DNA from: Octopus vulgaris
Taxonomy: Eukaryota
Direction: 5' to 3'
DNA: 64,000 bases
Assembly: GCA_951406725.2 (NCBI GenBank)
Contig: OX597822.1
Coordinates: 110,112,001 to 110,176,000 of the forward strand
Position numbers and translations under genes: made by a program. The notes beneath the pieces were generated by a model that saw only the letters and a list, made by a program, of their open reading frames with translations, was not told where the DNA came from and ran no database searches. Of the stretch, positions 1 to 11,820 are shown piece by piece. Numbering within the stretch: the first letter of the stretch is position 1; the number at the start of each line of letters is the position of its first letter.

Positions 1-37
<37 letters not shown>

Positions 38-43
<6 letters not shown>

Positions 44-204
44 GGTGCATTATGCCGCCTTCTCATCAGGAAAAACAAGGAACTTATGTCAGCATCAAGA
101 TGAACAAAAACTGTGGGCACTCATCTAAGAGTTTTTGTTCATCTTGATGCTGACATAAGTTCCTTGTTTTTCCTGATGAGAAGGCAGCATAATGCACCCC
201 TTAT
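38..204. repeat. Inverted repeat, arms of ~75 bp with a 17-nt spacer (Penelope-type 5' inversion)
   Basis: 38-112 is the reverse complement of 130-204 with one mismatch. The right arm runs into a hammerhead motif. Confidence 0.9.
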
Positions 205-258
205 TCCTTCGAAATTAGGAATATGCAGCCTTCGAAACATATGTCGAGAATAAAGGAA
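160..258 (+). ncRNA. Type I hammerhead ribozyme motif (Penelope-like), extended stem II
   Basis: CTGATGA 173-179; stem II GAAGGCaGCATA/TATGCaGCCTTC with inner TATTCCT/AGGAATA helix; GAAA 234-237; palindromic stem III CATATG; TC site 244-245; imperfect stem I TTCCTTGTTTTTC/GAGAATAAAGGAA. Confidence 0.8.
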
Positions 259-668
259 TTTTGTTAAATCGTCGTTCAACTCCATTCTTTCATTTATTTG
301 TATTAAAAAAAACACACAAATTTCCACACGAAAGCACGTGATCTCTGCCCTTGGCATGTAGCTTCAACCGTGTTTTTCTGACGTGAATTTGCTACCCAGG
401 TATCGGTTAACCGAATTATCCATACTAAGATAATTCATTCAACTACTTAAATATATATATGTATATATATACTTATATATATATATATATACACACATAT
501 TGAACCTGTAACAACACCATTTGCATTACCCTTTGGAACTGCCAATTTGACATATCATTTGAACACAATTATTTACACAATAGTTCACCAATATTTTTTT
601 CCAAAATGTCTATATTATATTTTTTCCAATGTCCACGTACCTTATTTTTTTCTTCAATATGCTGGTGT

Positions 669-1989
669 CTATTTTTTAGACCACCACTCACAGTCATAGT
701 TTTCTATATACCTGTGCACCTTCCACAGATTCTTCAGGTCCGTCAGCATAAAGTCGTTCTCGGGCAGACCCCTTACACCTGCTATATGCACCTTGACTAT
801 TCCGTCCCACGAATTTACTTCGTTATCCAATTCCTCAATCTGTCCATTGTACATCAATACGAATTTTTCATTACAGGGCGGGGTTGGTAATTTTGAGGCT
901 CCTGTGTGTTTGCCATAGTTATTTTTGTCTGACTGAGCATGGGGAGGGGTTGGTGTTAGTAGAGAGTGGCTTGGGTAGTGTGGATGTAGGTGAGGGTCGA
1001 GTGGGTGTGGGTTGGGGGAAAATTTTTACCTTGTGTGTTTTTCCTCCTCTTCCTATTCTTTTACTCCTCGATTTCCCAACTGGTATTTGATTCTTCCTCC
1101 TTCTCCTCACTGGCACCTGTTTTCTTCTGTACTTCCATCTCACTTATATCTACCTCCACAGGCAGTGTAACACCAACCACATTTTCCTCCTGTCTCTCTT
1201 TGTTTTTTCTAGTGGTACAGGACACTCCGCTCGAATGTGGCCTTTCATGCCACATTTGTAACATCGCGGAAGCCTCCCTTCCATTCTAACTTTTGAAGTC
1301 GACTCTCCCACTGTGATACTTTCACCCATTTTTTCCGAGTCCTCCTCCGCGACCTGTGCCACCATTTCAAAGGTTTGTCCCTTTCAATGCTTGTGGGGTA
1401 TTCTGGTGGCCTGCAGGACCACCAGCTTCTCTTCCGTGCCCAGCAGTATGGCAACCACCAGCCAGGCTACATCCACTTCTGGTGGTATATCTTCCACTCG
1501 CACCCTGGAAGTACGTCTCCCAAGGTACATGGGTAGAAGCACCACCTCGACTGTCTTCAGTGGTATGGTCGAGTATAGTCTGGCAGTTGCTATCTCCCTA
1601 AACTGCACCTCCACCGTTCCATATTATATACTACCTCCTGCCAGACTAACCTCAGTGCCTTTTCTACCTGTGCTTCCGACACCTCGTCAATTTTCCTAGC
1701 TGCTTTGGCATAAGTTCTGTGTACAATTATTCTTTCTTCCTTGTCTTTTAATACTTTTTTAGGGGAGCACCTTCACATCGTTCTCCTCCCTTTCAAGCAT
1801 TTCCTTGAACTCACTCAACCCTTCCAGATTGATTTCTTCAATTTTTTCTCTAGCCGTCGCTGTATAATCTATCTTCTCCATTTTCTTGTCCATCTTGTTC
1901 AAGTATTCAACTAAATCATCCTCAGACGAATCACATTCTAGGGAAGAATATCTCAACTCTTCCCAGCTTCTCGCGCGACGCCACTCCAT
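669..1989 (-). pseudogene. Gag/ORF1-like CCHC zinc-knuckle protein, frameshifted (L1/Tx1-type ORF1-like), no ORF2
   Basis: Successive minus-strand ORF pieces: MEWRRARSWEEL..., RVRVEDIPPEVDVAWLVVAIL, GRLPRCYKCGMKGHIRAECP (CX2CX4HX4C), then an acidic/charged tail. Confidence 0.7.
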
Positions 1990-2193
1990 TATACAAGAAG
2001 AAAAACCACACTCCACCAGGACAGCCAAAAACACGTGTGTACCCAACAAATCCAACAATGCAACTGAAGAACTATAAACTATCAAAACGCTCTCTCTGAC
2101 TATTACCGACCACTACTCTTTATAAGAGTTCGGCTAGTCCATTCTTCCAATTCACCAGGGGTGTCAATGACTCTCGCCACAACAATATACCTG

Positions 2194-2303
<110 letters not shown>

Positions 2304-2350
2304 TGTATACATACGTACATACATATATATGTACGTAATCTTTATTTGCA

Positions 2351-2730
2351 TCTCCTATATAAAATACACCTGTCTGTGTTCGTTTTCACGCGAAAACGGC
2401 TGCGCGAATTGCTTCCATACTTGGGATGCATGAATAATTTGACCTCAGATACATAATAGATCCTTCAGTTTATTTTTTTAATCAAAAATACATACTATTG
2501 TTTTATATATATGATTCTCTTCTTTAAAAAGGTTTCTCAATGTCAATTTCCGATATTGCTGTAGCAACGGCGAAATTTTCCATTTTCATTTGCGAAATCT
2601 CTAACTCTCTTTTTCAATGTTTTTATTTCAAGTTTTAATTCGCTATTTGCAAACAACTACGATAAATTACCGGAAGATATATTTATTAAGTTCATAAATT
2701 TTGCTTGTTAAGTTCCGGAAAAAGCTTTTA
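2351..2730 (+). mobile_element. Possible Helitron-type MITE 5' fragment
   Basis: Starts TCTCCTATATAAA then TGTCTGTGTTCG...CACGCGAAAACGGCTG, resembling non-autonomous Helitron 5' ends. No 3' CTAG/hairpin found. Confidence 0.3.
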
Positions 2731-2825
2731 ATTATTTACTTTTTGCCGTCGTGTTCAGCACAATATATTTGTAGTTAGTCACACACGCACATGTGTGTTT
2801 TTGTATGTATATTTGTATACATTTA

Positions 2826-2864
<39 letters not shown>

Positions 2865-5389
2865 TAGTGATGTCTCGGTGGCACTCTCAGTCTCACACAC
2901 ATACATATATTAAAACTAGATGTTTGCATATTTTTGTATGTACGTATACATGACAACACACCCATTCACACACACTCTCTCTCTTTCATTTTTTGTCAAG
3001 CATGCTTATCTCATCTTAGATACAGTGTACAAAAAGAAATCTTCAATAATAAATACTAGCATGGGCCTGTGGGGCCTTGTTGGTACATACTATAATATTT
3101 ATACTTAGCACAGTAAGTGTACATAACGTACAACTGTAATTTTCGTTCTGATATCTATTAATATATCAACACTTTATGTTATTTTTATATCTTATAACGA
3201 ATTCTTAATATCTTTTATTCACGGAATGTATTACACTCCTGCGGGCTTTATAATACTTACATATCTAGTTAATGTCACAAACAGATATAATATATCACCT
3301 ATAATATCACACATCATGCTAATGCTACTAAAAAATAAATATATAAAATCTATTTCGATTTCTTTATAACATAATGTAAAGAAAGAAAATTATAAAAGGG
3401 GAAAATAAATATAAAATAAATATCACCTGTTTAATTCCAGAAGTCGTAAACCAAACAATATATCTTTATATATTGATGCTTTAAAATATTTATTATAAAG
3501 TTTCTTCACGCAAACTCTTGGAATTTATTGCTTGGAAATTTTATTCTTTGGTAGCATTGTTAATACTGTTTGACTGGTTTAGAATTATTTATGGCTAAAA
3601 CTTTGACCGCCTTTAAACAACAAACAAATAAGGAATTATTTTATGGATTTGAGAGAAAGACGTTTGAGTGGGATGAAAATTTACAGACAAACCGATCTAT
3701 CACAGGCCAAGATACTTAATTCCATTGGATTCGGTTCAGTGAACTGGAAATTAACAGATTAGTCTCTTAGGAAAGTCACTGGCCATAACCCGATGTCTTC
3801 GAAGACATTGTAAGAGTTGTCTCTTGTTTGCTTAAGTCGAAATAAATTACATCGATGTTCCGACATTATGAGCCTCTGTGCCTTGCCTTCCAAACGGAAT
3901 TATTCTTATATTATTTATGGTGTGTCATACATTAAGTGCCACTCTTAGTTTATATTCTTTCTGAATGTATTTGAATATAAGTAAAAAGAAATTTTATAAT
4001 CTCGTACAATAGACTAAAGTGAGTGTACCATTTCCCTGTTGCCTAAACCCATTACTTCTGTTCCAGCCTTGACAATCGCTACTCTCAGATATCTTCAAAT
4101 ATTTACTATTGACGTTATAATATTCCCTATTATATTAACCATTCTTCCTAGATTAACAACGATTTTTTTGGTCGCTCTTTGATTTAATTCATCTGGTTTC
4201 TTTATATTTTACGCAAGCGTTTATTTTTCACGTTTCTAATGATAAGTCTGGGAGGAACGCTTGCATTTTTGAAGTGGAATTTCAGTTAAAAGGGGAAAAT
4301 TACTGCGTTATGAATACCAGTGTGAAGTTTTCAGCGAACAGACTCTTTGAAATATTTTAGATGCTTTATTGATTGGAAAGGCTTTCAACCCGTTCCGTTC
4401 TGATCAAAAATTCAAAATAACAATAAATATAGTGAAAAAACCCCACAATATTCCAATATAATTCCAAATTCTGAAACGCTTATGCTAACCAGTTAGTACT
4501 TCAGAAATATAGCTGTCAATTTATATTTTATGAACGCTTCTAATATCGCTGGGGGTAGCCATCACCAATTGTCAAAACACGTAAGTGATAAAGGAAAAGC
4601 AAGGAAACATTAATTTAAACAGACAAGTTAATAGCTGGTCACTAATGCGAAATTTATTGACTAGCATCAATAATCAATAGCTAATAAAATATAATCAATC
4701 AGTTGTTTTAATTAGTTTTATTCACGGTTAGCAAATGAATTAATATTGACCGACAGCCAAACAGTTATTTTTACTTTCAAATATATTGAAAAAAGAAACA
4801 AAACACTACGCTTGTGTGTATGTGTGTGTGAAGGTCTTTGTGTGCATATGGATGTTTACCGAAATTGGAGCTATTTGTCAATGTCAATAATGACAAACAA
4901 AATAATCAACAACCAAAACAACGCTTTATAACAGATTAGAAGTTGTACAGAACAAGTTCATCGCATAATTCTTTAAGCCTGCGTCAGGTGAAAGCATAAA
5001 TCTTGACAGTTAAAACCGCGGGATCTTTTCTTTTTGAAAGCCAGATTTTCCTAGTTAACTAAACAATTTGAAACTTCGCATACTGGTAGAATGTGTCAAA
5101 AGAAAACATAATTGTAAACCAAAATGAAAACGGAATTGTAATTTCTAAGTTTAACGTTGTTTAAAAATTCGAATTTTAACCAATGATATTCTTTCTTTCG
5201 ACCTCATATTATTTACTGCCTCTCAAAATATTGTTACTGTGACGTAAACAGCTATTTTGTGACGTAGTTAACGTAAACATGTAAATAGCTAACTAAAATG
5301 TAAACATCTCCGCTTATCATAAACTTCGTGGAGTATATATAAAATTTGTGTAGATCCTAAATAGCTACACACACATGTATACAAACATA

Positions 5390-5436
<47 letters not shown>

Positions 5437-5508
5437 ATACACACATATTCTAATGCATATGCATATATGTGTATATATTTATAATGTGTGTGTATTATAG
5501 ATGCATAC

Positions 5509-5546
<38 letters not shown>

Positions 5547-5674
5547 GATGTTTACATACAATATATATATGTTATATACATCTACATGTATATGTATGTA
5601 TGAATATATAAGAACCACAGAATTTGAATCAAACTGTTTTGATCCATACATACACACACACACACACACCAACA

Positions 5675-5857
5675 CTACCATCCATGAGACATCCTAACAT
5701 AATCAATGCTACTACTACTACTATCATCATCATTATCATCACCATCCACTGCCGCCACCACCACCACCTCTACAAAAACACCAACACTATAATTGCTGCC
5801 ATCATACACATCCACTGTCACCACTACCACCACTGCCATGATAACCACATCTACCAC
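5675..5857. repeat. Low-complexity (CAC/CAT/TAC-rich) segment, inverted copy at ~19015-19200
   Basis: CTACCATCCATGAGACATCCTAACATAATCAATGC... is found reverse-complemented ending at 19200. Confidence 0.85.
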
Positions 5858-5959
5858 AGCTGTTTGCTTACTGCTTACCCACTCACAAAATAGCTATCTA
5901 CGTCACATTAACACTATGCAGCTAATAATTTCAAATGAAAACAGACAATATGATTGGCT

Positions 5960-6055
5960 AAGGATAGAATAAGTACTGGGCTTACAAAAAGAATAAGTCC
6001 CGGGGTCGAGTTGCTCGAAATAAAGGCGATGCTCCAGCATGGCCGCGGTCAAGAG
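5960..6055 (+). mobile_element. SINE 3' fragment (same family as 62661-63016)
   Basis: GATAGAATAAGTAC...CCCGGGGTCGAGTTGCTCG...GCTCCAGCATGGCCGC matches the 3' half of the family. Confidence 0.6.
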
Positions 6056-6417
6056 TAACATTAAAAGTAAAATATGTTTTATATGACACATTAGGGTTAG
6101 GGTTAGTGTCCGAAGGTTGAAAGTGTTTAGTTACAAAAAATATATTTCTCGATCTGCCGTTGAAAGGGTAAAGATCCCTTATATTATTTATTTAAACCCT
6201 TTACAAACTAGAGGAAAATACATCAATCAAATGTTGGGAAGGCCATCGGTTGAATAAAACAGCATTGTTCCTCAACAGAACAATAAGGCTCTATAGTTAG
6301 GGGGAAATTTACCCATTCAGTTTCAAAACTCAGGTGGAGCCAAAAGAGGTCTCTACACATACATACGTATACACACACACACATACATACATACATATAT
6401 CCAGACAACTTCAGCTT

Positions 6418-6449
<32 letters not shown>

Positions 6450-7295
6450 CTAGCAGAATTGCCCGGTGTTGCTCGGGGCTGAATTGCTTGAAAGTACTGT
6501 TAATGATTGCACTGAATTATGATGATTATTCAGGCAAATATTGATATAAGTTTACGGTGGGAGATAAGGACTTAACGATCAAACGTGTGCCATTGCATTG
6601 TTTTTGGGGAACCAAATTTCTGATGAGCATTATAGGGGCACCAACTTTAAGTTTGAGAAAGTGTGGTGGTAGTCCGGGGTGCTCATAGGAATTGAGTACC
6701 TCTATTTGATAGTTGATGACGTCCTCTGGGTCAGGAGTTGTATCGATAGACTGATATACATAGACTTCCCCAGGAATGAGTTTTAGCATTTCATCATTAA
6801 TATGGTGAACAGTTTTATTCCTCGGGGCCAGTATAGCCTTTTTGCCAATCCAATCCATATTCTGATAATTAGCTTGTAGATCTGGGAACACTGCATCTCT
6901 GAGATCAGGAGGCGTCTTAACAATGGTACAAATGGAATCGATGGCAATATTACCATTTTCATACCCTGGTATTTTGCCTTCGCCAAGTGCAAGGAGGGTG
7001 TGAGGAAATGCTGCTGATGTGATATTACGTCGCATATGAGCACGCATATTGGTGTGAAGTTTGAGTGTTACTTCCCTTTATTAAAAAAATATGCATTAAA
7101 ATGGAAAAAAATGATGGTAAATTATTTTTTAAATCGTAGACTCATCATAGACGCGCGCTAATACCCAGAAGGGCTCGATATGAATCACGACTATAAGATA
7201 CCCGGTTTTGGTTAAACTGCATCGCAAAATGTGGGAGTAGTTAGGAATCTAAATCGTAGGAGACAGACACACAACCTTTCTTTTATATATAAAGA
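6450..7295 (-). mobile_element. Non-autonomous Helitron carrying a PIF1-like helicase fragment
   Basis: Minus strand starts TCTTTATATATAAA and ends CCCGAGCAACACCGGG hairpin + CTAG, inserted between A and T. Confidence 0.9.
6526..7070 (-). pseudogene. Helitron RepHel PIF1 helicase fragment
   Basis: AILAPRN...INDEML...YQSIDT...LNS..PGLPPHFLKLKVGAPIMLIRNL...CNGTRLIV, typical Helitron helicase motifs. Confidence 0.9.
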
Positions 7296-7296
7296 T

Positions 7297-7580
7297 TTTC
7301 GTCCGTCCTAAAAAACTTTGTGCGGAGTGAATGGTTACCTCTATGGAAATATATACACACATATTATACATACATGTGTGTATAGATGAATATATAAATA
7401 CATTTAAATATCTATATACACTTTTGGGCGATCTTTCTGCTACTTTAGATCTTATATTCGTCCAATTCGTCCTAAATAACTTTGTATGGAGTGAATGGTT
7501 ACCTCTATGGAAATATATACACACACATTATACATACATGTGTGTGTCTATAAACACTTTTGGGCGACTGCTACTTAGAG
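7297..7580 (+). repeat. Imperfect tandem duplication (two ~120-160 bp units)
   Basis: CGTCCTAAA.AACTTTGT..GGAGTGAATGGTTACCTCTATGGAAATATATACACACA...CTTTTGGGCGA occurs twice. Confidence 0.75.
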
Positions 7581-7809
7581 ATAACTTTAGATGTTAGGTG
7601 ATCTAGCAAAAAGGATGACCAGTTTGACTTGCTCATCCCTGTCACACACTCACACACACGCACACACACACACAGACACACACGCACCCTCACACACAAA
7701 CAGACGCACACACAGACGCACACACACACACACACACTCACACGTTAGCTTACAATTTTATTTATATATTTGCGTGTCTATGTGTGTAAAGAGGAAGTGG
7801 GAGTAATAT

Positions 7810-8365
7810 GCAGAGTGAAATGTTAATATATATTCTCGAATTTTGTCTTAATTGGGGGTAAAATTGAAAGAAATTTTGTATGGCATGACCCAACGGAAGT
7901 ACTTTGAAAAATCATGGGTAAACTCTAATTGAAGAAATTGTGTGAGGAGTAAATCGTTATGTATTTATTTGTTTCTGTTTGCTGTGTTTTTTTTTTAGTA
8001 GTGGTTTAAGGTACACTTCTCTCGTTTTATAGAAATAGTTTCACTTTAATCGTTGCACACTTGCAAAGAGATAGGAGTAGAAATTAGAGTGATAGCGTGA
8101 GTGAATCAGATTGCTCCGTTTTTGTGTGTGTGTGTGTGCGTGTGCTCTAGCCCACAATAAGAAAAGCACTTGCTTTACACACCACAATGTGAGTTTTCTC
8201 AAAATTTTGCTTAATTGGGGTTGAAATTTTAAAAACTGGACCTGGCATGACCCGATGCATTCTACTCTTAAAAATGCTAGGTAAATTGTAATTGAAGAAA
8301 TCCTATATTGTAGATTTCTATAAGAGACAAAGGGAGGCAGATAAAATCTGCCTTTTATAATAAGA
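7810..8365 (-). mobile_element. Helitron-family MITE (5' part); internal segment repeated at ~9895-10170
   Basis: Minus strand starts TCTTATTATAAAA at 8365. 7810-8050 is a diverged direct copy of ~9895-10170. Confidence 0.5.
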
Positions 8366-8723
8366 CTAGCAGTATCGCCCGGCGTTGCTCGGGTTTGTTT
8401 CGATCCGCTGGAATTGTAATTTTGAAAAGTAAAAATTTTGTGAACATTTTTCTGGTCGAAATACACCGAAAAGTGGCGACACAGCAGTGAAAAAATCGTA
8501 AAAAATCGGGATTTTCATAGAAAAAAGCATCTTTTTGATGTAAATAATTTTTGGTGTTAACATGGTCCGATTTGAATTTTATGTTCTACGGAAGGAAGAG
8601 CAACCCTTCTTCTATCATACTCTCAATTTTGGTCAACTTGCGCCGCAGGGTCTCGGAGGAGATAGTGTTAGTTGAAGGTTACCAAACGTGGCGCACACAG
8701 ACAACTTTAGCTTTATATAGAGA
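8366..8723 (-). mobile_element. Non-autonomous Helitron
   Basis: TC 5' end and CCCGAGCAACGCCGGGCGATACTGCTAG 3' end, inserted at A|T. Confidence 0.85.
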
Positions 8724-10889
8724 TAACACACACACATTAATACACATACATAGACACACACACACACATGTATGTATGGATGTATATATGGGTACTTGTA
8801 TCGCAGAGTGGTCCCGGTTGCGCACACGCGGATTCGCGCGTGCGAGCCAGACGTAGGTACTTGATACTCGATCGCCCTTAAATAATTACTTTTTTTTACA
8901 GAAACGCGAACGTATATAACGCGCAAAATTATTCCGTAGAATTTATCAAATTAAATAACGCAAAATTAATATATTTTTTGAAATTGCAAATTATTTAGAA
9001 TATAAAAATCTGGCTGCTATTTCTAGGTGCCTGAGTAACAACCTCGCGGATTTACAGATAAATGAATTAATTACTATTTTACAGAATAAAATTAAATAAT
9101 TCTTGAAAATTAATTAATATTAATATTTTTTGAACAAAGTAAATAATTTTTAAAACTTAAATAATAATTTTTTTTACACAAACGCGAACGGGGAAAAGGG
9201 GGTGGCGAATTCGATTTTTTATTTTCGTTGAATGAATAGAAAAAATGTATAATATATGTTGTACATACCTAAATTTTTTTCTTTTTCATTATATTGTAGC
9301 AAAATAGTAGTGAATTATATAAATACCAGCAGTACATTTTTTTTTCTGGGGTATTTTTTTTCAACCTCGTCACATATTTGCCCCTTTCAATTTAAACAAA
9401 GTCTTAATTAAGTCATTACGGCAGCTTAGCAATGGTTTCAATACAGGCGTGACATCTGTATCTCAATTGTTCAAAACCCTTCGAATTTTTTCGCACGTGA
9501 TGATATCATAGTGAAAACTTTCAATTACGCGCGCTTAGAAGTACGCTCGCAAATTAATACTACCAAAATTTTGAAGTTCGCGCTCCGCTTGTGTGTGTGT
9601 GTGTGCGTGCTTTAGGTGTACGTACGTATGTGTTTTTGTGTGTGTGTGTCACAGAAGCCATGCATACATATATACATACATAACCTCTCTCTCTCTTTTC
9701 TCTCTCAGTCACTCACTACAAAAAGTGAATAAAAAAAGTTCAGTTATTTCTGTCATTCACTCTCTCTGTCTCTTTACACACACTAACAAAAGCACTTCAC
9801 TTTCACACCACAATTTCTGTGTCGCACAACCCATCAAACACACACACACACACACACACACACTCACGCACGCACACATGTACATCAATGCTTTCGGAGT
9901 GAAATGTTAAAATATTGAGTTTTCTCGAATTTTGTCTTAATTGGGGGTGAACTTGAAAGAAATTTGTTATGGCATGACCGAATGGAGTACTTTGAAAAAT
10001 CTTAGGTAAACTCTAATTGAAGAAATTGTGTGAAGAGTAAATCGTTATGTATTTATGTATTTCTGTTTGCTGTGTTTTTTTATTCTTTGAGTAGTGGTTT
10101 AAGGTACACTTGCAAAGAGAAAGTGGGAGAAATTATGTTGATAGCATGAGTGATCCGTTTTATAGAAATACTTTCAGTTTAGTCTTCCTCAAATCACTGT
10201 CGCTATTTACTCTCTTCCAAGAGATTCGCTCCAAAATTTACAGGGACATGTAGAAATAGGTGACGAAGCTCGTGGGCTACTTTAGAAATCCCTATCTTAA
10301 AAGGTGTGGTTGCTAGGGGCCATCTTCCTCACTCACGCTATTTCCTCCAGTACCCTCTCACTCGCCTTTATGTATATATTTGATAGGTCCACTACCGTTA
10401 TTTAAAGTATCTGTCACTCATATATGTATATATAATGTATGTGTGTGTGTGTGTTCTATATATAAATATGTATATATAATGTATATATACAAAGTGTATA
10501 TATCTGTAGTTATGTATATTAAACTTTCTCATACTTTTTCATAGTTATATATATATTTTTAAACAAATTATAAATATAATTTAATAATTTTTATTTTCAA
10601 TTTAATTTAAATTTTTCAATTTTATATTTTCTATATTATATTTTTTTTTAATGTTTTTGTTTTTGGTTTTTCACTGTTTGATTTGCCTAAAAATTCCATT
10701 TTTCACTTTTATGATTATACCCAGAGTGCTCTAATCGAATATGAACTGTCTTCCCATTGGCGGACGTTTGTCTTTTTTATTTTTGAACCGAACACATTGT
10801 CTCTTTCGTTTTAAAACAATAAAACAATACTACCTTAATACTTTGGTCCAACAAACAAAACATCACCCACTCTCATTCTTTTATGTATC

Positions 10890-11450
10890 TGAGAATGTGT
10901 GTCTGTCTGTCTGTGTGTTTCCCTAAACCTTGAGAACTACACAACCAATTTCATTCAAATTTTACACATGACTTACTTGGGGTATAAGGAATGTGTTGAG
11001 CTGGGCTCTAGGCGCCATTGGGCTCACTGTCCACGGCTACGAGACCACAGTGAGCGCTATGGCGACCAGAGCTCGCTGGAATGGGATTAAAATTTAAAGG
11101 AGCGGGTGTTTAGGAATTCTCTGTTACATCAAGCTAAAAAATTTGTGCCAGCCTTTTAATCGTCAATGTGTTGCCGTCCATGATAAAGAGTCCATGATAA
11201 AGAGTCCATGGTGAGTCTACTGTCGTGAGAAAGAATCACTTCAAAACTTGGTGTTTACGAATTTTCTTTTACATCAAGTTGAAAATTTTACGCCAGTCGT
11301 TAAACTGTCACTACGTTGCTGTCCGTCGTTAAGAAATGAAAGCCATGGTGACTCTACTATCCTCAGATTCTATCCCTTCAAACTTTGGATTCCAATATTT
11401 TATTATTTTTCTTCAGCTCGCAAGTCCGTCTGTCCCTTTTAAATGTTAGC
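10890..11450 (+). mobile_element. Probable Helitron-type MITE fragment
   Basis: GTGTGTCTGTCTGTCTG...AACTACACAACCAATTTCATTCAAATTTT motif resembles non-autonomous Helitron 5' regions. Ends unclear. Confidence 0.3.
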
Positions 11451-11679
11451 ATTGTGCTGTCTGCCTTGAAGCAGACTTTTTCATTATCATTGTCTCATAT
11501 TTCTGATTGATCTTTCTAAATATTTTATTTCTCAACTTACTCAAGATATTCTGTTGTTTATAAATGGGAGAGAGAGAGATAAAGATAGAGAGTAAGAGAA
11601 AGCGAGGAAGAGTCCGAGAGATAAGAAAACTAAGAGAGTGGGAAAGTGAGAGAGAAAGGAGAGAGAAACAAATACGAGA

Positions 11680-11738
11680 ATCATCATCATCATCATCGTT
11701 TAACGTCCGTTTTCCGTGCTAGCAAGGGTTGGACAGTG
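11680..11738 (-). mobile_element. RTE-type LINE 3' end fragment with (GAT)n tail
   Basis: (CAT)n-CGTTTAACGTCCGTTTTCCGTGCTAGCAAGGGTTGGAC on the + strand, recalled as an RTE-like 3' end. Confidence 0.5.
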
Positions 11739-11820
11739 TATACTTTGTATACATTTGTATATATATATATATATATATATATAATTTCCCAAACAGAAAA
11801 TCTAAATGTTTTGTGTTTGA

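Noticed and set aside
6091-6106. TTAGGG repeats
   Set aside because: Only about 2.5 units inside a TIR-element subterminal region, not a telomere.
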